NCBI GenBank assembly: GCA_964492745.1
Contig: CAZBLT010000007.1
Span: 20,660 to 84,659, forward strand
Direction of reading: 5' to 3'
Length of the DNA stretch: 64,000 bases
Origin: an uncultured Anaerolineaceae bacterium
GTDB lineage: Bacteria; Chloroflexota; Anaerolineae; Anaerolineales; E44-bin32
Shown: piece after piece, positions 1 through 9,731 of the stretch
Layout: the number at the start of each line of letters is the position of its first letter
How positions within the stretch are numbered: position 1 is the first letter of the stretch
Translations under genes and position numbers: made by a program
Notes under the pieces: generated by a model
Told to the model about the DNA's origin: nothing
The model's input: the letters and a program-made list of their open reading frames with translations, nothing else
The model's database searches: none

Positions 1-253
1 AGCGATTGAGTTTCTTGGATTGCCCCAGGATGAGGCCGGCGGGCACCGCGAGTGCCAGGGCCAGGGAGGTGGAGGCGAGGACGCGCCAAGAGCTTGCCAG
101 CAGATGCAATCCGAGCTCACCAAACAGCTCATGCAGGAAGGTGGCAAGGACCCGGCTGGGTGCCGGCAGGATGGCCAGGTTCAGCGCCCATGACGCTACC
201 TGCCATACAAGCAGTAAGGCCACTCCGGCCGCTGCGACTGCTCCCCGTTTCAT
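1..253 (-). CDS. ABC transporter permease, NitT/TauT/SsuC family (5' part only; runs off window)
   Basis: Manual translation from ATG at 253: MKRGAVAAAGVALLLVWQVASWALNLAILPAPSRVLATF...SSWRVLASTSLALALAVPAGLILG. The LPxP motif and hydrophobic helices are typical of SsuC/TauC. ATGA overlap with the upstream ATPase stop. Confidence 0.85.
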   Translation of the reverse strand, partial: MKRGAVAAAGVALLLVWQVASWALNLAILPAPSRVLATFLHELFGELGLHLLASSWRVLASTSLALALAVPAGLILGQSKKLNR

Positions 254-1023
254 GCGCTGGCCTCCAGCGCCGAGCGCAATTCCCGGCAGATCTCCACATA
301 GGCCTGGGTGTTGCGGAACCCCGGCGCAGCACCGCCCGGGTTGTCCACGACCAAGGCTCGCTCAATTGGGGGTTCGTTGAACAGGAGGATCTTGCGCCCC
401 AAAACTGCCGCCTCCTCGATCATGTGAGTGACGATGATGGTGGTCAATCGGCGTTCCTCGCGCAGCTCTAAGACCAGGTCCTGAAGGCTCTCCCGGGTGG
501 GAGCGTCGAGGGCTGCGAAGGGCTCATCCATCAAGAGCAGGTCGGGATGAAGGGCCAAGGTTCGGGCGATCGCCACCCGCTGGCGCTGGCCACCCGAGAG
601 CTGATGCGGAAAGTTCCGGCGGTGGGCGGCGAGGCCCAGCCGGTCCAGCCAGGGATCGACCCTTTCCTGGATGGAGCCGGGTTGCTCATCGGCGGGGGCA
701 TGCGTTCCATCGGGGCCGTAGAATGCGCGCACCCGCAAGCCGAGGGCGGCATTCTCCTCCACCGTCGCCCAGGGCAACAGGCCATGATCCTGAAGGATGA
801 GCCCGGTCTGTGGACGGGGGCGGGTGAGCGGCTGGCCGTGTATGCGGATCTCCCCCCGCATGGGGCGGAGCAGGCACGCCAGCAAGTAGAGCAGCGTGGT
901 CTTTCCGCAGCCGGAGGGGCCCAACACGGCCCAGGCCTCCCCGGCCTGCACTTCCCATTTGAAGGACGTGAAGATCGCCGGGGAAGCCGGATAGTGGAAG
1001 TCCACGCCGTCAAGCGCAATCAT
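250..1023 (-). CDS. ABC transporter ATP-binding protein (NitT/TauT family)
   Basis: Walker A GPSGCGKT, signature LSGGQRQR, Walker B LLLMDEPF, LLPWATV motif. Confidence 0.95.
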   Translation of the reverse strand: MIALDGVDFHYPASPAIFTSFKWEVQAGEAWAVLGPSGCGKTTLLYLLACLLRPMRGEIRIHGQPLTRPRPQTGLILQDHGLLPWATVEENAALGLRVRAFYGPDGTHAPADEQPGSIQERVDPWLDRLGLAAHRRNFPHQLSGGQRQRVAIARTLALHPDLLLMDEPFAALDAPTRESLQDLVLELREERRLTTIIVTHMIEEAAVLGRKILLFNEPPIERALVVDNPGGAAPGFRNTQAYVEICRELRSALEASA

Positions 1024-1056
1024 CGCCTGCGCCAGCTTTGACCGCTGGCTGCCTCC

Positions 1057-2004
1057 TCAGGGGAGGAACGAGCCGTCGATGGAGCCTTCGTAGCGGACCT
1101 CGCCTTCGACGATGCCTTTACCCTGCGCCCAGGCCAGCGCATCCGCGAATTGGGCCTGAGAGGGGACCGAGGCCGCGGGGTAAGGCGGGAGCCGGTAGGC
1201 TTCTAGCAAAGGCGGCGGCAGCAGGCCCTCGTCGAGGAGCAATTCATCCCATGCGGTGGGATCGGCGTTGATGTCGTCCACCGCCTTCTCGAGGGCGCGC
1301 AAGAAGGCCTTTACCCCCTCGGGATGCTGATCGACAAATGCCTTGGAGAAGGAAATCACGCTGTGGCTGATCTCGGGGTAGGAGGTATCGTCGATGATCA
1401 AGAGCGCCCCATTGAGGATCGCCATCGAAGCGGCAGGGTCTGGCAGATTGGCGGCCGCTAGCTGGCCTGAGGCGAGCAGGTTCAGCCGGTCTGGGATCTT
1501 GGGGACCGCCACTTTTGCGATCTCCTCGGGCGCGAAACCGGCGCGTTGGAGCATCCGATCGGTGGTGTATTCGATCACCGTGCCCTCGGAAATACCGATG
1601 GGAGTGTTCTCTAATCCCTCCAGATCCAGGATCCCGCTATCGGCGGAGGCCACGATGCGGAAGACAGGATGCTCTGCCGTTGCCGTGCGGGCGAAACGAA
1701 CCGCAACGACTTTCACTTCCTGTCGATTATAGAGCAGGACTGAGACGACTTCATTGATCATGGCATCCAGTTGCCCGGCCTGCATGAGTTGGTCGCGCTC
1801 AGGTGCCGAGGCGACCGGCACGAACTCGAGGGATACACCCTCCGCTTCGAAATACCCTTGATCTTGGGCAACATAGATGGGAAGGCTGTCGAGAATGGGG
1901 AGAACGCCGATACGGATGGTGACAGATTCGCTGGCCGGCGAGCAGGCTGCCAGCGCGAAAAGGAGAATTGTCACGACGAAAACCGGCCATTTTCGCTGGA
2001 TCAC
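1057..2004 (-). CDS. ABC transporter substrate-binding lipoprotein (NitT/TauT/SsuA-like)
   Basis: Lipobox LAAC, IRIGVLP...PIYVAQDQGYF pattern, first gene of the SBP-ATPase-permease operon. Start placed at GTG 2004 behind GGAGGG; the ORF track start at 2082 is probably too long. Confidence 0.85.
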   Translation of the reverse strand: MIQRKWPVFVVTILLFALAACSPASESVTIRIGVLPILDSLPIYVAQDQGYFEAEGVSLEFVPVASAPERDQLMQAGQLDAMINEVVSVLLYNRQEVKVVAVRFARTATAEHPVFRIVASADSGILDLEGLENTPIGISEGTVIEYTTDRMLQRAGFAPEEIAKVAVPKIPDRLNLLASGQLAAANLPDPAASMAILNGALLIIDDTSYPEISHSVISFSKAFVDQHPEGVKAFLRALEKAVDDINADPTAWDELLLDEGLLPPPLLEAYRLPPYPAASVPSQAQFADALAWAQGKGIVEGEVRYEGSIDGSFLP

Positions 2005-2164
2005 AGGACCCTCCGAGACTTGAGATTGGCCCGCCAGCCGCACGATGGCTTCTAAGCTGGTTGTGGCCTCGAAGCGTGGCATAGGTGACCTTGGGCGCGC
2101 TCCATTCTACCGCAGATCGGCCGTGGCCCTTGAGATTCGATACCCTTGGCTTTCAATGCTGGGA

Positions 2165-3772
2165 TTACAAACGGATCGTGGCCTTGTGGACGCCGGCCGC
2201 GCCATCGGGGCGGGGCCCCTGGGGCGTGGTGATTTGAAGTTTGCCTGCCCCGTCGTAGGCGCGCACGCGGATGATGTGTGAGCCGGGCTGGGCCGGCCAT
2301 TCGTAGCGCCATAGGACCCAGGTGAGCGGGCTCAGCGGCGGATGCCGGAGTTGGGCTGGTTGCCAATCGCCGTCATCGATCTGTACCTCCACGGCCCTGA
2401 TGCCGCGGGCACCTGCATAGGCGATCCCGCCGATCAGCAGCGTGCCCGAGCCCGTGCCGCCCGTGGAGCGATGCCGGGTAGTATCGATCACGGAGGTCGT
2501 CTGCACCTTCGCTTCGCGGCTCCAGCCGCGCTCGGCCCAGTACCCCGGCGTCCAGGAATCCCGAACCTCGATACGGGTGATCCATTTGGGCTGCTTCATG
2601 CCGTATCGATCGGGGATATAGATCCGCAGCGGGAAGCCATGCGCTTCCGGCAGGGGCTCGCCGTTCATCTCATAGACCAGGAGCGTGCGGGAATCCATGG
2701 CCACATCCAGGCTAAGGTTTTCATAGAAGCCGTCGGCCGCTTCGACATACAGGTGGCTGGCTCCCGGCTGGACCCCGGCTTCAGCCAGCAATTCGGCGAG
2801 CGGGACGCCGCGCCAGATCCCGGTGCTGATCAGGTCGCCGCCGATGGGATTGGAGATGCAGGATAGCGTGATCACTTGGGCGCGGCTTGTTCGGGCTCGC
2901 AGCTCATCCAGCGTGAGGCTGAGCGGATCGGAGACCATGCCTTCCAGGGTCAATTCCCATTCTTTGGCTTGAATGCTGGGCGGGCGTGTGTTGATGTCGA
3001 TGGTGTAGAAGTCCTCAGTCGCCGTGATCTCCGGGCGCGTGCCAGCCACGGGTGGAATGCGGGATTGGAGCACTTCCGCGGGAGGCGATGCCGCCGGCCC
3101 TGAGGTGACAGTAAGATCGAACTCGGTGGGGGGCAGCGGCGCCGGCGTCTCCGCCTCGGGGCTTTCCAGCCAATCGGCCAGAGCCAGGGAGCCGACGCTG
3201 ATGGTCAGCACGCCGCCGCCAACCAGGGTCAGGAATTGCCGTCTCGACATCGTCGCAGGCGGATCTTCCTGATAGACCTGCTGGGCCTTTTCCTGCAACC
3301 ATCCCAGCGCCAGTCCCCAGGCGAGACCAAGCCCAACCACCCAGAGATAATCGGCGGGAAGTGAGGGGCGAGCAGCCGCCAGCGCGGCCCGCATCAAGCT
3401 AAAGATCGCTGACAGGACCAGCCCTGTTCCGAGCCCCTGCCAGATCAATCCGCCCGGGCGACGTATGGGCAGCAGTGCCCCCAAGGCACTCAACCCGCCT
3501 GCGAGCAGTAGGGCAATCGAGATCGCCATCATGCGCTCGGCCGCCTTGGCGGTTGCGGAGAGTTCACCCAGATCGAGAGCTGTGAGCACGCCCACGAGGC
3601 CATCGATCATGGCGGTCACAATGGACCCGGGTAGCAGCCTGGTGACCGCATCCAGAAGGTCGAAGGGGGGAAAGGGCAATCCACCCCAGCGGTTGAAGAG
3701 ATAGGATAGGGCTATCCAAGGGATCGCGATCACCGCGCCCAATAGACCGGCCCTGAGCATGCGAACAGACAT
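2165..3772 (-). CDS. Membrane-bound molybdopterin-dependent oxidoreductase (sulfite oxidase family) with internal twin-arginine motif
   Basis: TLSCISN (Mo-ligating Cys), HGFPLR..PDRYGMKQPKW, C-terminal dimerisation domain (W..WRYEW), several N-terminal TM helices followed by SRRQFL. AGGAG precedes ATG 3772. Confidence 0.9.
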   Translation of the reverse strand: MSVRMLRAGLLGAVIAIPWIALSYLFNRWGGLPFPPFDLLDAVTRLLPGSIVTAMIDGLVGVLTALDLGELSATAKAAERMMAISIALLLAGGLSALGALLPIRRPGGLIWQGLGTGLVLSAIFSLMRAALAAARPSLPADYLWVVGLGLAWGLALGWLQEKAQQVYQEDPPATMSRRQFLTLVGGGVLTISVGSLALADWLESPEAETPAPLPPTEFDLTVTSGPAASPPAEVLQSRIPPVAGTRPEITATEDFYTIDINTRPPSIQAKEWELTLEGMVSDPLSLTLDELRARTSRAQVITLSCISNPIGGDLISTGIWRGVPLAELLAEAGVQPGASHLYVEAADGFYENLSLDVAMDSRTLLVYEMNGEPLPEAHGFPLRIYIPDRYGMKQPKWITRIEVRDSWTPGYWAERGWSREAKVQTTSVIDTTRHRSTGGTGSGTLLIGGIAYAGARGIRAVEVQIDDGDWQPAQLRHPPLSPLTWVLWRYEWPAQPGSHIIRVRAYDGAGKLQITTPQGPRPDGAAGVHKATIRL

Positions 3773-3863
3773 CCCGGACTCCTTTTGTCTACTTACCACG
3801 CAAACATTTTACCGGTTTATAGGTCAGGCTGGGCGAAGAAACGGCGGAATTCCTACCACGCCT

Positions 3864-3872
3864 TGATATAAT
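3864..3872 (+). promoter_or_regulatory. Extended -10 promoter (TGaTATAAT) 6 nt before ATG 3879; probable leaderless transcript
   Basis: TGATATAAT-gcgcgc-ATG with no Shine-Dalgarno sequence. Confidence 0.7.
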
Positions 3873-3878
3873 GCGCGC

Positions 3879-5102
3879 ATGTCTTGGCGGTCGGGGCGGG
3901 TGCTGGTAGCGGGGTTGGCGATTGCGCTGATTGGAGGGGGCGTGCTCAGCATACCCGCTATTTGGAACGGCATCGAATGGCGCCTCGACGCTGCGCTGGG
4001 GATTCTGCGGGGTCTGAGCTACCCGGCGCAGACGCTGCCGACGCCATCCGGCGCGGCCTCGCTTGCTGCGGTGCCTCCAGCCACGCCGCGCCCTCCAACG
4101 CCCACCACCCAGCCGACCGCAGCCCTGCCCACCCCCAGCGCCACCCCTCTGCCAAGCCAGGTCCTGCTTCCAGCGCCGGAATGGGAAAAACAGGATTGGA
4201 ATAACTGCGGCCCGGCCACTCTGGCTCTAGGGCTGCGTTTCTTCGGCTGGGAGGGTAACCAGTTCGATATCTCCGAACTCCTAAAGCCGGACCGTGGCGA
4301 TAAGAATGTAAACATCGACGAGTTGGTCTACTACGTACGGACCCGTGCCGGCTGGATGGAGGCTGACTATCGGGTGGGTGGGACGATCGAGGCCCTGAAA
4401 CGCTTCCTGGCCTATGGCTTGCCCGTCATCGTGGAGAAGGGATATATGGTCGAAAGTGATGGGCCGGATGAAGGCTGGGCGGGACATTATCTGCTGCTCA
4501 CAGGCTATGACGACGCTCGCCGGGTATTCGTGGGTCAGGACACCTTCGCCGGTCCAGATCAGGAAGTGGCCTATGAGGTGCTGGATGAGGGCTGGAAAGC
4601 CTTCAACCGCGCCTACCTGTTCCTCTATCCTGTGGCCGATCCACCACCGCTAGAATCGCTGCTTCTGGAAGATTTGGATGTCGATCTCAACCGCCAGCGG
4701 GCGCTTGAAACCGCCTGGGAAGAAACGGCGCGTGATCCACAGGATGCCTTCGCTTGGTTCAATGTCGGGACAAATCTGGTGTATTTCGAGCGCTATCGTG
4801 AGGCGGCCGGGGCCTACGATCGCGCCTTGGCGTTGGGGCTACCCTGGCGCTTCACTCGCTATCAATTCGGCCCCTATCTGGCATACTTCCACAGCGGGCG
4901 CACGCAAGATGTGATCGAGCTGGCGAACGCCACCTTGCGCCGCACGGCTAAAGCCGAGGAATCGCTGCTCTGGCGCGGATGGGCCCGCTACCGGCAGGGT
5001 GACGTTCTGGGGGCGCGGGAGGACTTCTTGGCTGCCCTGCGGGTCAATCCGAATTACCAGGACGCACGCTACGCGCTGAGTTTTATCTCGGAGGGGTCAT
5101 GA
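3879..5102 (+). CDS. Membrane-anchored C39-like cysteine peptidase with C-terminal TPR repeats
   Basis: N-terminal TM helix, Pro/Thr linker, QDWNNCGPATL (catalytic Cys), GHYLLLTGYD (His), TPR helices (AFAWFNVG...YDRALAL). Confidence 0.8.
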   Translation: MSWRSGRVLVAGLAIALIGGGVLSIPAIWNGIEWRLDAALGILRGLSYPAQTLPTPSGAASLAAVPPATPRPPTPTTQPTAALPTPSATPLPSQVLLPAPEWEKQDWNNCGPATLALGLRFFGWEGNQFDISELLKPDRGDKNVNIDELVYYVRTRAGWMEADYRVGGTIEALKRFLAYGLPVIVEKGYMVESDGPDEGWAGHYLLLTGYDDARRVFVGQDTFAGPDQEVAYEVLDEGWKAFNRAYLFLYPVADPPPLESLLLEDLDVDLNRQRALETAWEETARDPQDAFAWFNVGTNLVYFERYREAAGAYDRALALGLPWRFTRYQFGPYLAYFHSGRTQDVIELANATLRRTAKAEESLLWRGWARYRQGDVLGAREDFLAALRVNPNYQDARYALSFISEGS

Positions 5103-5222
5103 ATGCGCAACAAACAGACTGGATAGAATCCTGAGCGAAGTTTCAGAAATATGGGTACAAATATCCAGAATCCGGCCCTACGGGGCAAACCCACAGAGAA
5201 TGCAACGATGGAGGTTGGGACG

Positions 5223-5729
5223 ATGTTGATCAGCAAGGCCATGAACGAGGCGATGAACATGCAGATTGGCAGCGAACTGGCTGCCTCCAACCAGTACATA
5301 ACAATCGCTTCCTATTTTGACAGAGAGCAGCTTCCGGAGCTGGCGGATTTCTTCTTCCGGCAATCCGATGAGGAGCGCGAACACGCCATGAAGTTCGTGC
5401 ACTACATCCTCGAAGCCGGAGGCGAGGTAGACATCCCCGCGATCGAACCGGCCCAAGGGTCCATTGCATCGGCCCAGGAGGCGGTTCAGATGGCTCTGGA
5501 CTGGGAGATGGAGGTCACGAAGCAGATCAATGGTCTGATGGACCTCGCTATCCGTGAGAACGACCATCTGGCTCAGAACTTCCTGCGCTGGTTTGTGGAT
5601 GAGCAGCTTGAGGAAATCTCCACGATGGATGAGTTGTTGGGGGTAATCCGCCGCGCTGGTGACCAACTCCTGTTCGTGGAGGATTACGTCGTTCGCCGGG
5701 GCGATCCACACGCCGAGGAGGGTGGCTAG
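5223..5729 (+). CDS. ftnA: Non-heme ferritin
   Basis: Ferroxidase motifs E..ASNQY, QSDEEREHAMKF, E.EVT..IN, FLRWFVDEQLEE. GGAGG precedes ATG 5223. Confidence 0.93.
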   Translation: MLISKAMNEAMNMQIGSELAASNQYITIASYFDREQLPELADFFFRQSDEEREHAMKFVHYILEAGGEVDIPAIEPAQGSIASAQEAVQMALDWEMEVTKQINGLMDLAIRENDHLAQNFLRWFVDEQLEEISTMDELLGVIRRAGDQLLFVEDYVVRRGDPHAEEGG

Positions 5730-5761
5730 CTGCGCGTTCGATAGCCACAAGCAAGCATGAG

Positions 5762-5793
5762 ACAGGCCGCTGCTGGAAAAGGCAGCGGCCTGT
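5762..5793 (+). terminator. Strong hairpin after ferritin (probable terminator or 3' stabiliser)
   Basis: 12-bp perfect inverted repeat ACAGGCCGCTGC / GCAGCGGCCTGT; no clear U-tract. Confidence 0.6.
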
Positions 5794-5947
5794 ACGCGAT
5801 TGCCTGGCGAGAGCCCCAGCCCTTGTCTTGGAAGGCTGCTTGCTATGGCGAGCCTGCGCGGTCTAGAATCGGCCCTTAGGGCATCTTGCCGCAATCATCT
5901 TCCACGCGTGTTTTGCGGGCCTGCCCCTTGTGCTATACTGCGCGACG

Positions 5948-6196
5948 ATGCATGCAGACCGAAGGACTACCGAGCGCTTGGCATCATGGCTTCGCGATTC
6001 GGGCCTAGGGGCCCTTTCTGCGGCCTTGCTTAGGGGCTTCCGGCCCTTGTCTGTGGCGGGGGCGCAGGCGCTTTATTTGCTCACGCCGCTGCTCGGACAG
6101 GGGGAAGGTGCTTGGGAGGCCTTCGCGAGGATGCTAGAGGACCCCGAGCAAGTCGATGACTTGATTGATTTGCTGGAGGAGGAACGCGGCCGGTGA
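5948..6196 (+). CDS. Small hypothetical protein, first gene of the GlmL-like operon
   Basis: TGcTATACT extended -10 lies 8 nt before ATG 5948; stop overlaps the next start (GTGA). Confidence 0.7.
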   Translation: MHADRRTTERLASWLRDSGLGALSAALLRGFRPLSVAGAQALYLLTPLLGQGEGAWEAFARMLEDPEQVDDLIDLLEEERGR

Positions 6197-6942
6197 TGGG
6201 CTTGGATTTGCTGGGTTTGGCGGTTCTGGGGCTGATGATCATCCTGCTGATGATCTATTTGGCCATCGGGAAACGTCAGGCCCCGATTTTCCGTGAGATC
6301 CCGGCCTTCGAGGCTCTGAAAGGCGCCATCGAGCGGGCCGTGGAGGCCGGCGAACGGGTGCATTTCTCGCTCGGGACAGGCTCTGTCATCGGCACGGATG
6401 TGGCCCCGGCGCTGGCAGGCCTGGCGACCCTGGCCGAGATTGCACGGGTCACCTCCTTGAGCGATCGGCCGGCGGTGGTCACGACAGGCGACGGGGCCAT
6501 GGCTATCCTCGCCCAAGATACGTTGAGATCGGCCTACACACAGGCTGGGGCGCTGGACCGCTATCGCCCCAGCGCGGCGCGCATGCTGGGCCCCACGCCC
6601 TTCAGCTATGTCGCCAGCCTCCCTTCGCTGCTATCCAATGAGGATGCTTCCGTGCACATCCTGATGGGCGCATTCGGCGCCGAAGGTGCCTTGGCGGCCG
6701 ATTTCGGCGAACGGCGAAATTGCTTCGTCATGGCTGGCACGGATGATGTCCAATCGCAGGCATTGCTGTATGCCACGGCGGCGCATCCACTCATCGGCGA
6801 GGAAGTCTTTGTGGGGGGCGCCTATTTGCGTAGGGACAAGGCTCATCTGGCCAGTTTGCGCGTGCAGGATGCCATGCGTTTCATCCTGATCTTGGGCATC
6901 CTTATGGGAGCCGTGCTGGGATTGCTGGGGGTGGATCTGTGA
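6193..6942 (+). CDS. Membrane protein with DUF6754-like domain
   Basis: TM helix, then FREIPAFEALKGAIERAVEAGERVHFSLGTG...LIGEEVFVGGAYL...SLRVQD, then C-terminal TM helix. Recalled as the DUF6754 pattern. Confidence 0.7.
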   Translation: MMGLDLLGLAVLGLMIILLMIYLAIGKRQAPIFREIPAFEALKGAIERAVEAGERVHFSLGTGSVIGTDVAPALAGLATLAEIARVTSLSDRPAVVTTGDGAMAILAQDTLRSAYTQAGALDRYRPSAARMLGPTPFSYVASLPSLLSNEDASVHILMGAFGAEGALAADFGERRNCFVMAGTDDVQSQALLYATAAHPLIGEEVFVGGAYLRRDKAHLASLRVQDAMRFILILGILMGAVLGLLGVDL

Positions 6943-7604
6943 GGCTGGGCTCCTATCTGCTATGGGCGGCGGTCGCAACCGCGACGGGGATCCTGGTTCT
7001 CCTGGGTTACTTCGTCCAGCTGGACGCGATCCCGCCGGAGGGGTGGCTGCAAAGCATCTTTCAATTGCGCCTGCTCCTAATGCGCTGGGCCGTGCTCCTG
7101 GCGGGTGTGGCGCTGTTCGTGGGTCTCATTCATCTGATGGCGGTTCATTGGAGCAAAGTCAGTGATCAGGCCCGGGGGTGGGGGTACAGCGCCATCTTCC
7201 TGTTGGCCTTCTTGGCCACGCTGATCTTGGGGCTAATCTTCGGGCCGGACAGCGCCGCGGTGCTGCTGTTCTTCAATTACATTCAGATGCCGGTCGAGAC
7301 TACACTTTCGGCACTGCTGGCGATCACGCTTGCCCTGGCGGGGTTTCGCCTTCTCTCCCGCCGCCCCGACCTGATCAGCGCGGTCTTCATAGGCACGGCC
7401 TTCTTGGTCCTGCTGGGCTCTGGGCCGGGCCTCATACCTGGCGGCAGTATGCTTGACAGCTTCTTTGGCGGGCTTCGCAACTGGCTGGCACAGGTATCCG
7501 CAGCCGGCGGTGCCAGGGGGATTCTGCTTGGAGTGGCCTTGGGATCGATCATGACCGGGCTGCGGGTTCTCCTGGCTATGGATAGGCCATATGGGGACGA
7601 GTGA
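6939..7604 (+). CDS. Polytopic hypothetical membrane protein
   Basis: About 6 hydrophobic segments; C-terminal GARGILLGVALG...GLRVLL.DRPY; GTGA overlaps on both sides. Confidence 0.8.
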   Translation: MRLGSYLLWAAVATATGILVLLGYFVQLDAIPPEGWLQSIFQLRLLLMRWAVLLAGVALFVGLIHLMAVHWSKVSDQARGWGYSAIFLLAFLATLILGLIFGPDSAAVLLFFNYIQMPVETTLSALLAITLALAGFRLLSRRPDLISAVFIGTAFLVLLGSGPGLIPGGSMLDSFFGGLRNWLAQVSAAGGARGILLGVALGSIMTGLRVLLAMDRPYGDE

Positions 7605-9712
7605 TGCCTGAAATTCGGTGTCCCATGTGCAGCGCTCCCAACCCGGAGACGGCTGAAGTCTGCGGGGAGTGCGGGGCGCGGCTGAAGCCCCTGGTTGCTG
7701 GTGGCGATCTCGGCATCCCGCCCGAGGAGGCCGGTGCGCCCGGGCCTCCGCCAGGCGCCGAAGACGGCGAAGAGGACTGGCTGGCGCGCATCCGCTCGCA
7801 GGCTCTGACGTCTGGGGGAGAGGAGCCAACGGAGGAGGAGCCTCGGGAAAGCCCCGCGCCAGATTGGCTGGGCCGGTTGCGTGAGGCGGATAGCGGCTAC
7901 GAGGAAGGACCTTCGGAAGGCGAATTGCCCGAATGGATGGATGAATTCATCGCCGCGGGGGAGGAGTCCGAAAGGGTAGCCGCGGAGGGTGAGGCGCTCG
8001 AGCAGGCCGATCAGGTGCCAGAGTGGCTGGCGCGCATCCGGGCCAAGCAAGCCGTGCAGGAGGCGGCGATCCCCGAGGAAGAGGATTGGTTGGAGCGCCT
8101 GCGCCAAGAGGGCGAAGCCGATATTCCAGCCGCAGAGGAGCCTCCACCCGAGATGGAAGCCGCGCCGCCGAGGGAGCCCCTGGAAGGGCCGATGCCTGAG
8201 CATGAGGCGGAGGAGGCCATCCAGGAGGGCCTTGGAGCGGAGGCGGAGCTAGAGGGGCTGCCGGCAGAGAGCCCTTTCTTTGCCGAGGATCTGGATATGC
8301 TCGCCGAGGAGATCCCGCTTCCCGAAGCCCAGGAAGAACCGCTCGAGGCACCATCCTTGGCACCGGAGGCACCATCTTTGGCGCCCGAGGATCTCGAAGG
8401 AGAAGCGTTGCCGCATGTTCCGGCGCTGGTCCTGGAGGATCAGTCCGAGGTCCCTCTGGTTGAGATCGGGGAATCTGACCTGGAGGGAGTGGAGCTGCCG
8501 GATTGGCTGGAAGATCTGCGGGCGGAAATCCCTGTATCGGCCGAGGAGCCCGGGGAAGAAGTCGAGTCGCCTGACCTGGCGCCTGCGACCTTGCCATCCT
8601 GGCTCGAGGCCATGCGCCCCACGGATGCCTTCCGGCCAGAGATCGAGATCGAGCGCGAGGAAGAGCAGCCAGTCGAATCGGCTGGCCCACTCGCGGGTCT
8701 GCGCGGGGTTCTTATGGCGGAGCCGGTCGTGGCCAAGCCGCGGATGGCCACCGCCACTGCGGCTCAGTTGGAGGTCACGGAGCGCCAGTACGCCCAGGCC
8801 GAATTGCTGCAGCGCCTAGTGGAGTACGAGCAGCAGGAAGTGGCCCCGCCTGAAGGCCGAGCGATGCGCGTACCCTTTGCGCGCTGGGCCATCAGTCTGG
8901 TCATGTTAGTGGCCGTGTTGATCCCCTTTTCGTTCGAGCGCATGGGCATACGCGGCTATCCGCTGCCCGCCAGCATCTCACCGGATCTGGCACCGCTGAT
9001 ACAACGAATTGGTGATCAGCCGGCAGATCGGCCGGTCTTGGTGGTCTTCGATTACACACCGGGCTACACCGGCGAATTGAGCGCCGTTGCTGGCGCCGTT
9101 GTGGGGCAGCTTACGCAACGGGGCTATCCCATTGCCACGCTGTCAACCCGGCCCACGGGCCCACCGCTGGCGGAGCGAATGTTCGCCAGCGCCGCGGCAG
9201 CGGGCGCCGAGATCTCGCATCTCGGGTATCTGCCCGGCGGTCCGACTGCGGTTCAACTCTTCTCCATCGCCCCGCGTGACGCCGTGCTTTCCGGGTTCCA
9301 CTTGCCGCAGGAAGGCGAAGAGAAGGATCCCTGGGCGATCGAGGGCCTGCGCCAGGTTCAGCGGCTCTCGGATTTCGGATTGGTGATTGTGATTACGGCC
9401 GGGACCGAAACCGCCCGGACTTGGGCGGAGCAGACTCACCCATGGATCGGCGAGACGCCCCTCATCATGGTGCTGAGCGCCGGGGCCGAGCCGCTGGTGC
9501 GTCCCTACTATGAGTCGGCCGACCCCAGGGTGGATGGCATTCTCACCGGATTGCCCTCGGCTGTGTCCTATCGCCAGTTGAGCGGCCAGCCCCAGCTGGT
9601 GGCTTCGCAGTGGAACACCTTCGGAACGGGCATGCTCGCAGCCCAATTAATCCTGCTCGCGGGCGGAGCCTATGGCTTCATCAGTTGGCTGATACGCAGG
9701 ACGCAAGGCTGA
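7601..9712 (+). CDS. Zinc-ribbon / acidic PxWL-repeat / TM / extracytoplasmic-domain protein
   Basis: CPMC..N......CGECG zinc ribbon, long Glu/Pro-rich region with about 7 (P/E)xW(L/M) motifs, TM helix near residue 430, globular alpha/beta domain, C-terminal TM helix. Confidence 0.8.
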   Translation: MMPEIRCPMCSAPNPETAEVCGECGARLKPLVAGGDLGIPPEEAGAPGPPPGAEDGEEDWLARIRSQALTSGGEEPTEEEPRESPAPDWLGRLREADSGYEEGPSEGELPEWMDEFIAAGEESERVAAEGEALEQADQVPEWLARIRAKQAVQEAAIPEEEDWLERLRQEGEADIPAAEEPPPEMEAAPPREPLEGPMPEHEAEEAIQEGLGAEAELEGLPAESPFFAEDLDMLAEEIPLPEAQEEPLEAPSLAPEAPSLAPEDLEGEALPHVPALVLEDQSEVPLVEIGESDLEGVELPDWLEDLRAEIPVSAEEPGEEVESPDLAPATLPSWLEAMRPTDAFRPEIEIEREEEQPVESAGPLAGLRGVLMAEPVVAKPRMATATAAQLEVTERQYAQAELLQRLVEYEQQEVAPPEGRAMRVPFARWAISLVMLVAVLIPFSFERMGIRGYPLPASISPDLAPLIQRIGDQPADRPVLVVFDYTPGYTGELSAVAGAVVGQLTQRGYPIATLSTRPTGPPLAERMFASAAAAGAEISHLGYLPGGPTAVQLFSIAPRDAVLSGFHLPQEGEEKDPWAIEGLRQVQRLSDFGLVIVITAGTETARTWAEQTHPWIGETPLIMVLSAGAEPLVRPYYESADPRVDGILTGLPSAVSYRQLSGQPQLVASQWNTFGTGMLAAQLILLAGGAYGFISWLIRRTQG
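8345..8386 (+). repeat. 21-bp in-frame tandem duplication (EAPSLAP x2)
   Basis: GAGGCACCATCCTTGGCACCG followed by GAGGCACCATCTTTGGCGCCC. Confidence 0.85.
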
Positions 9713-9731
9713 GAAAGGACAGGGAGCCAAA

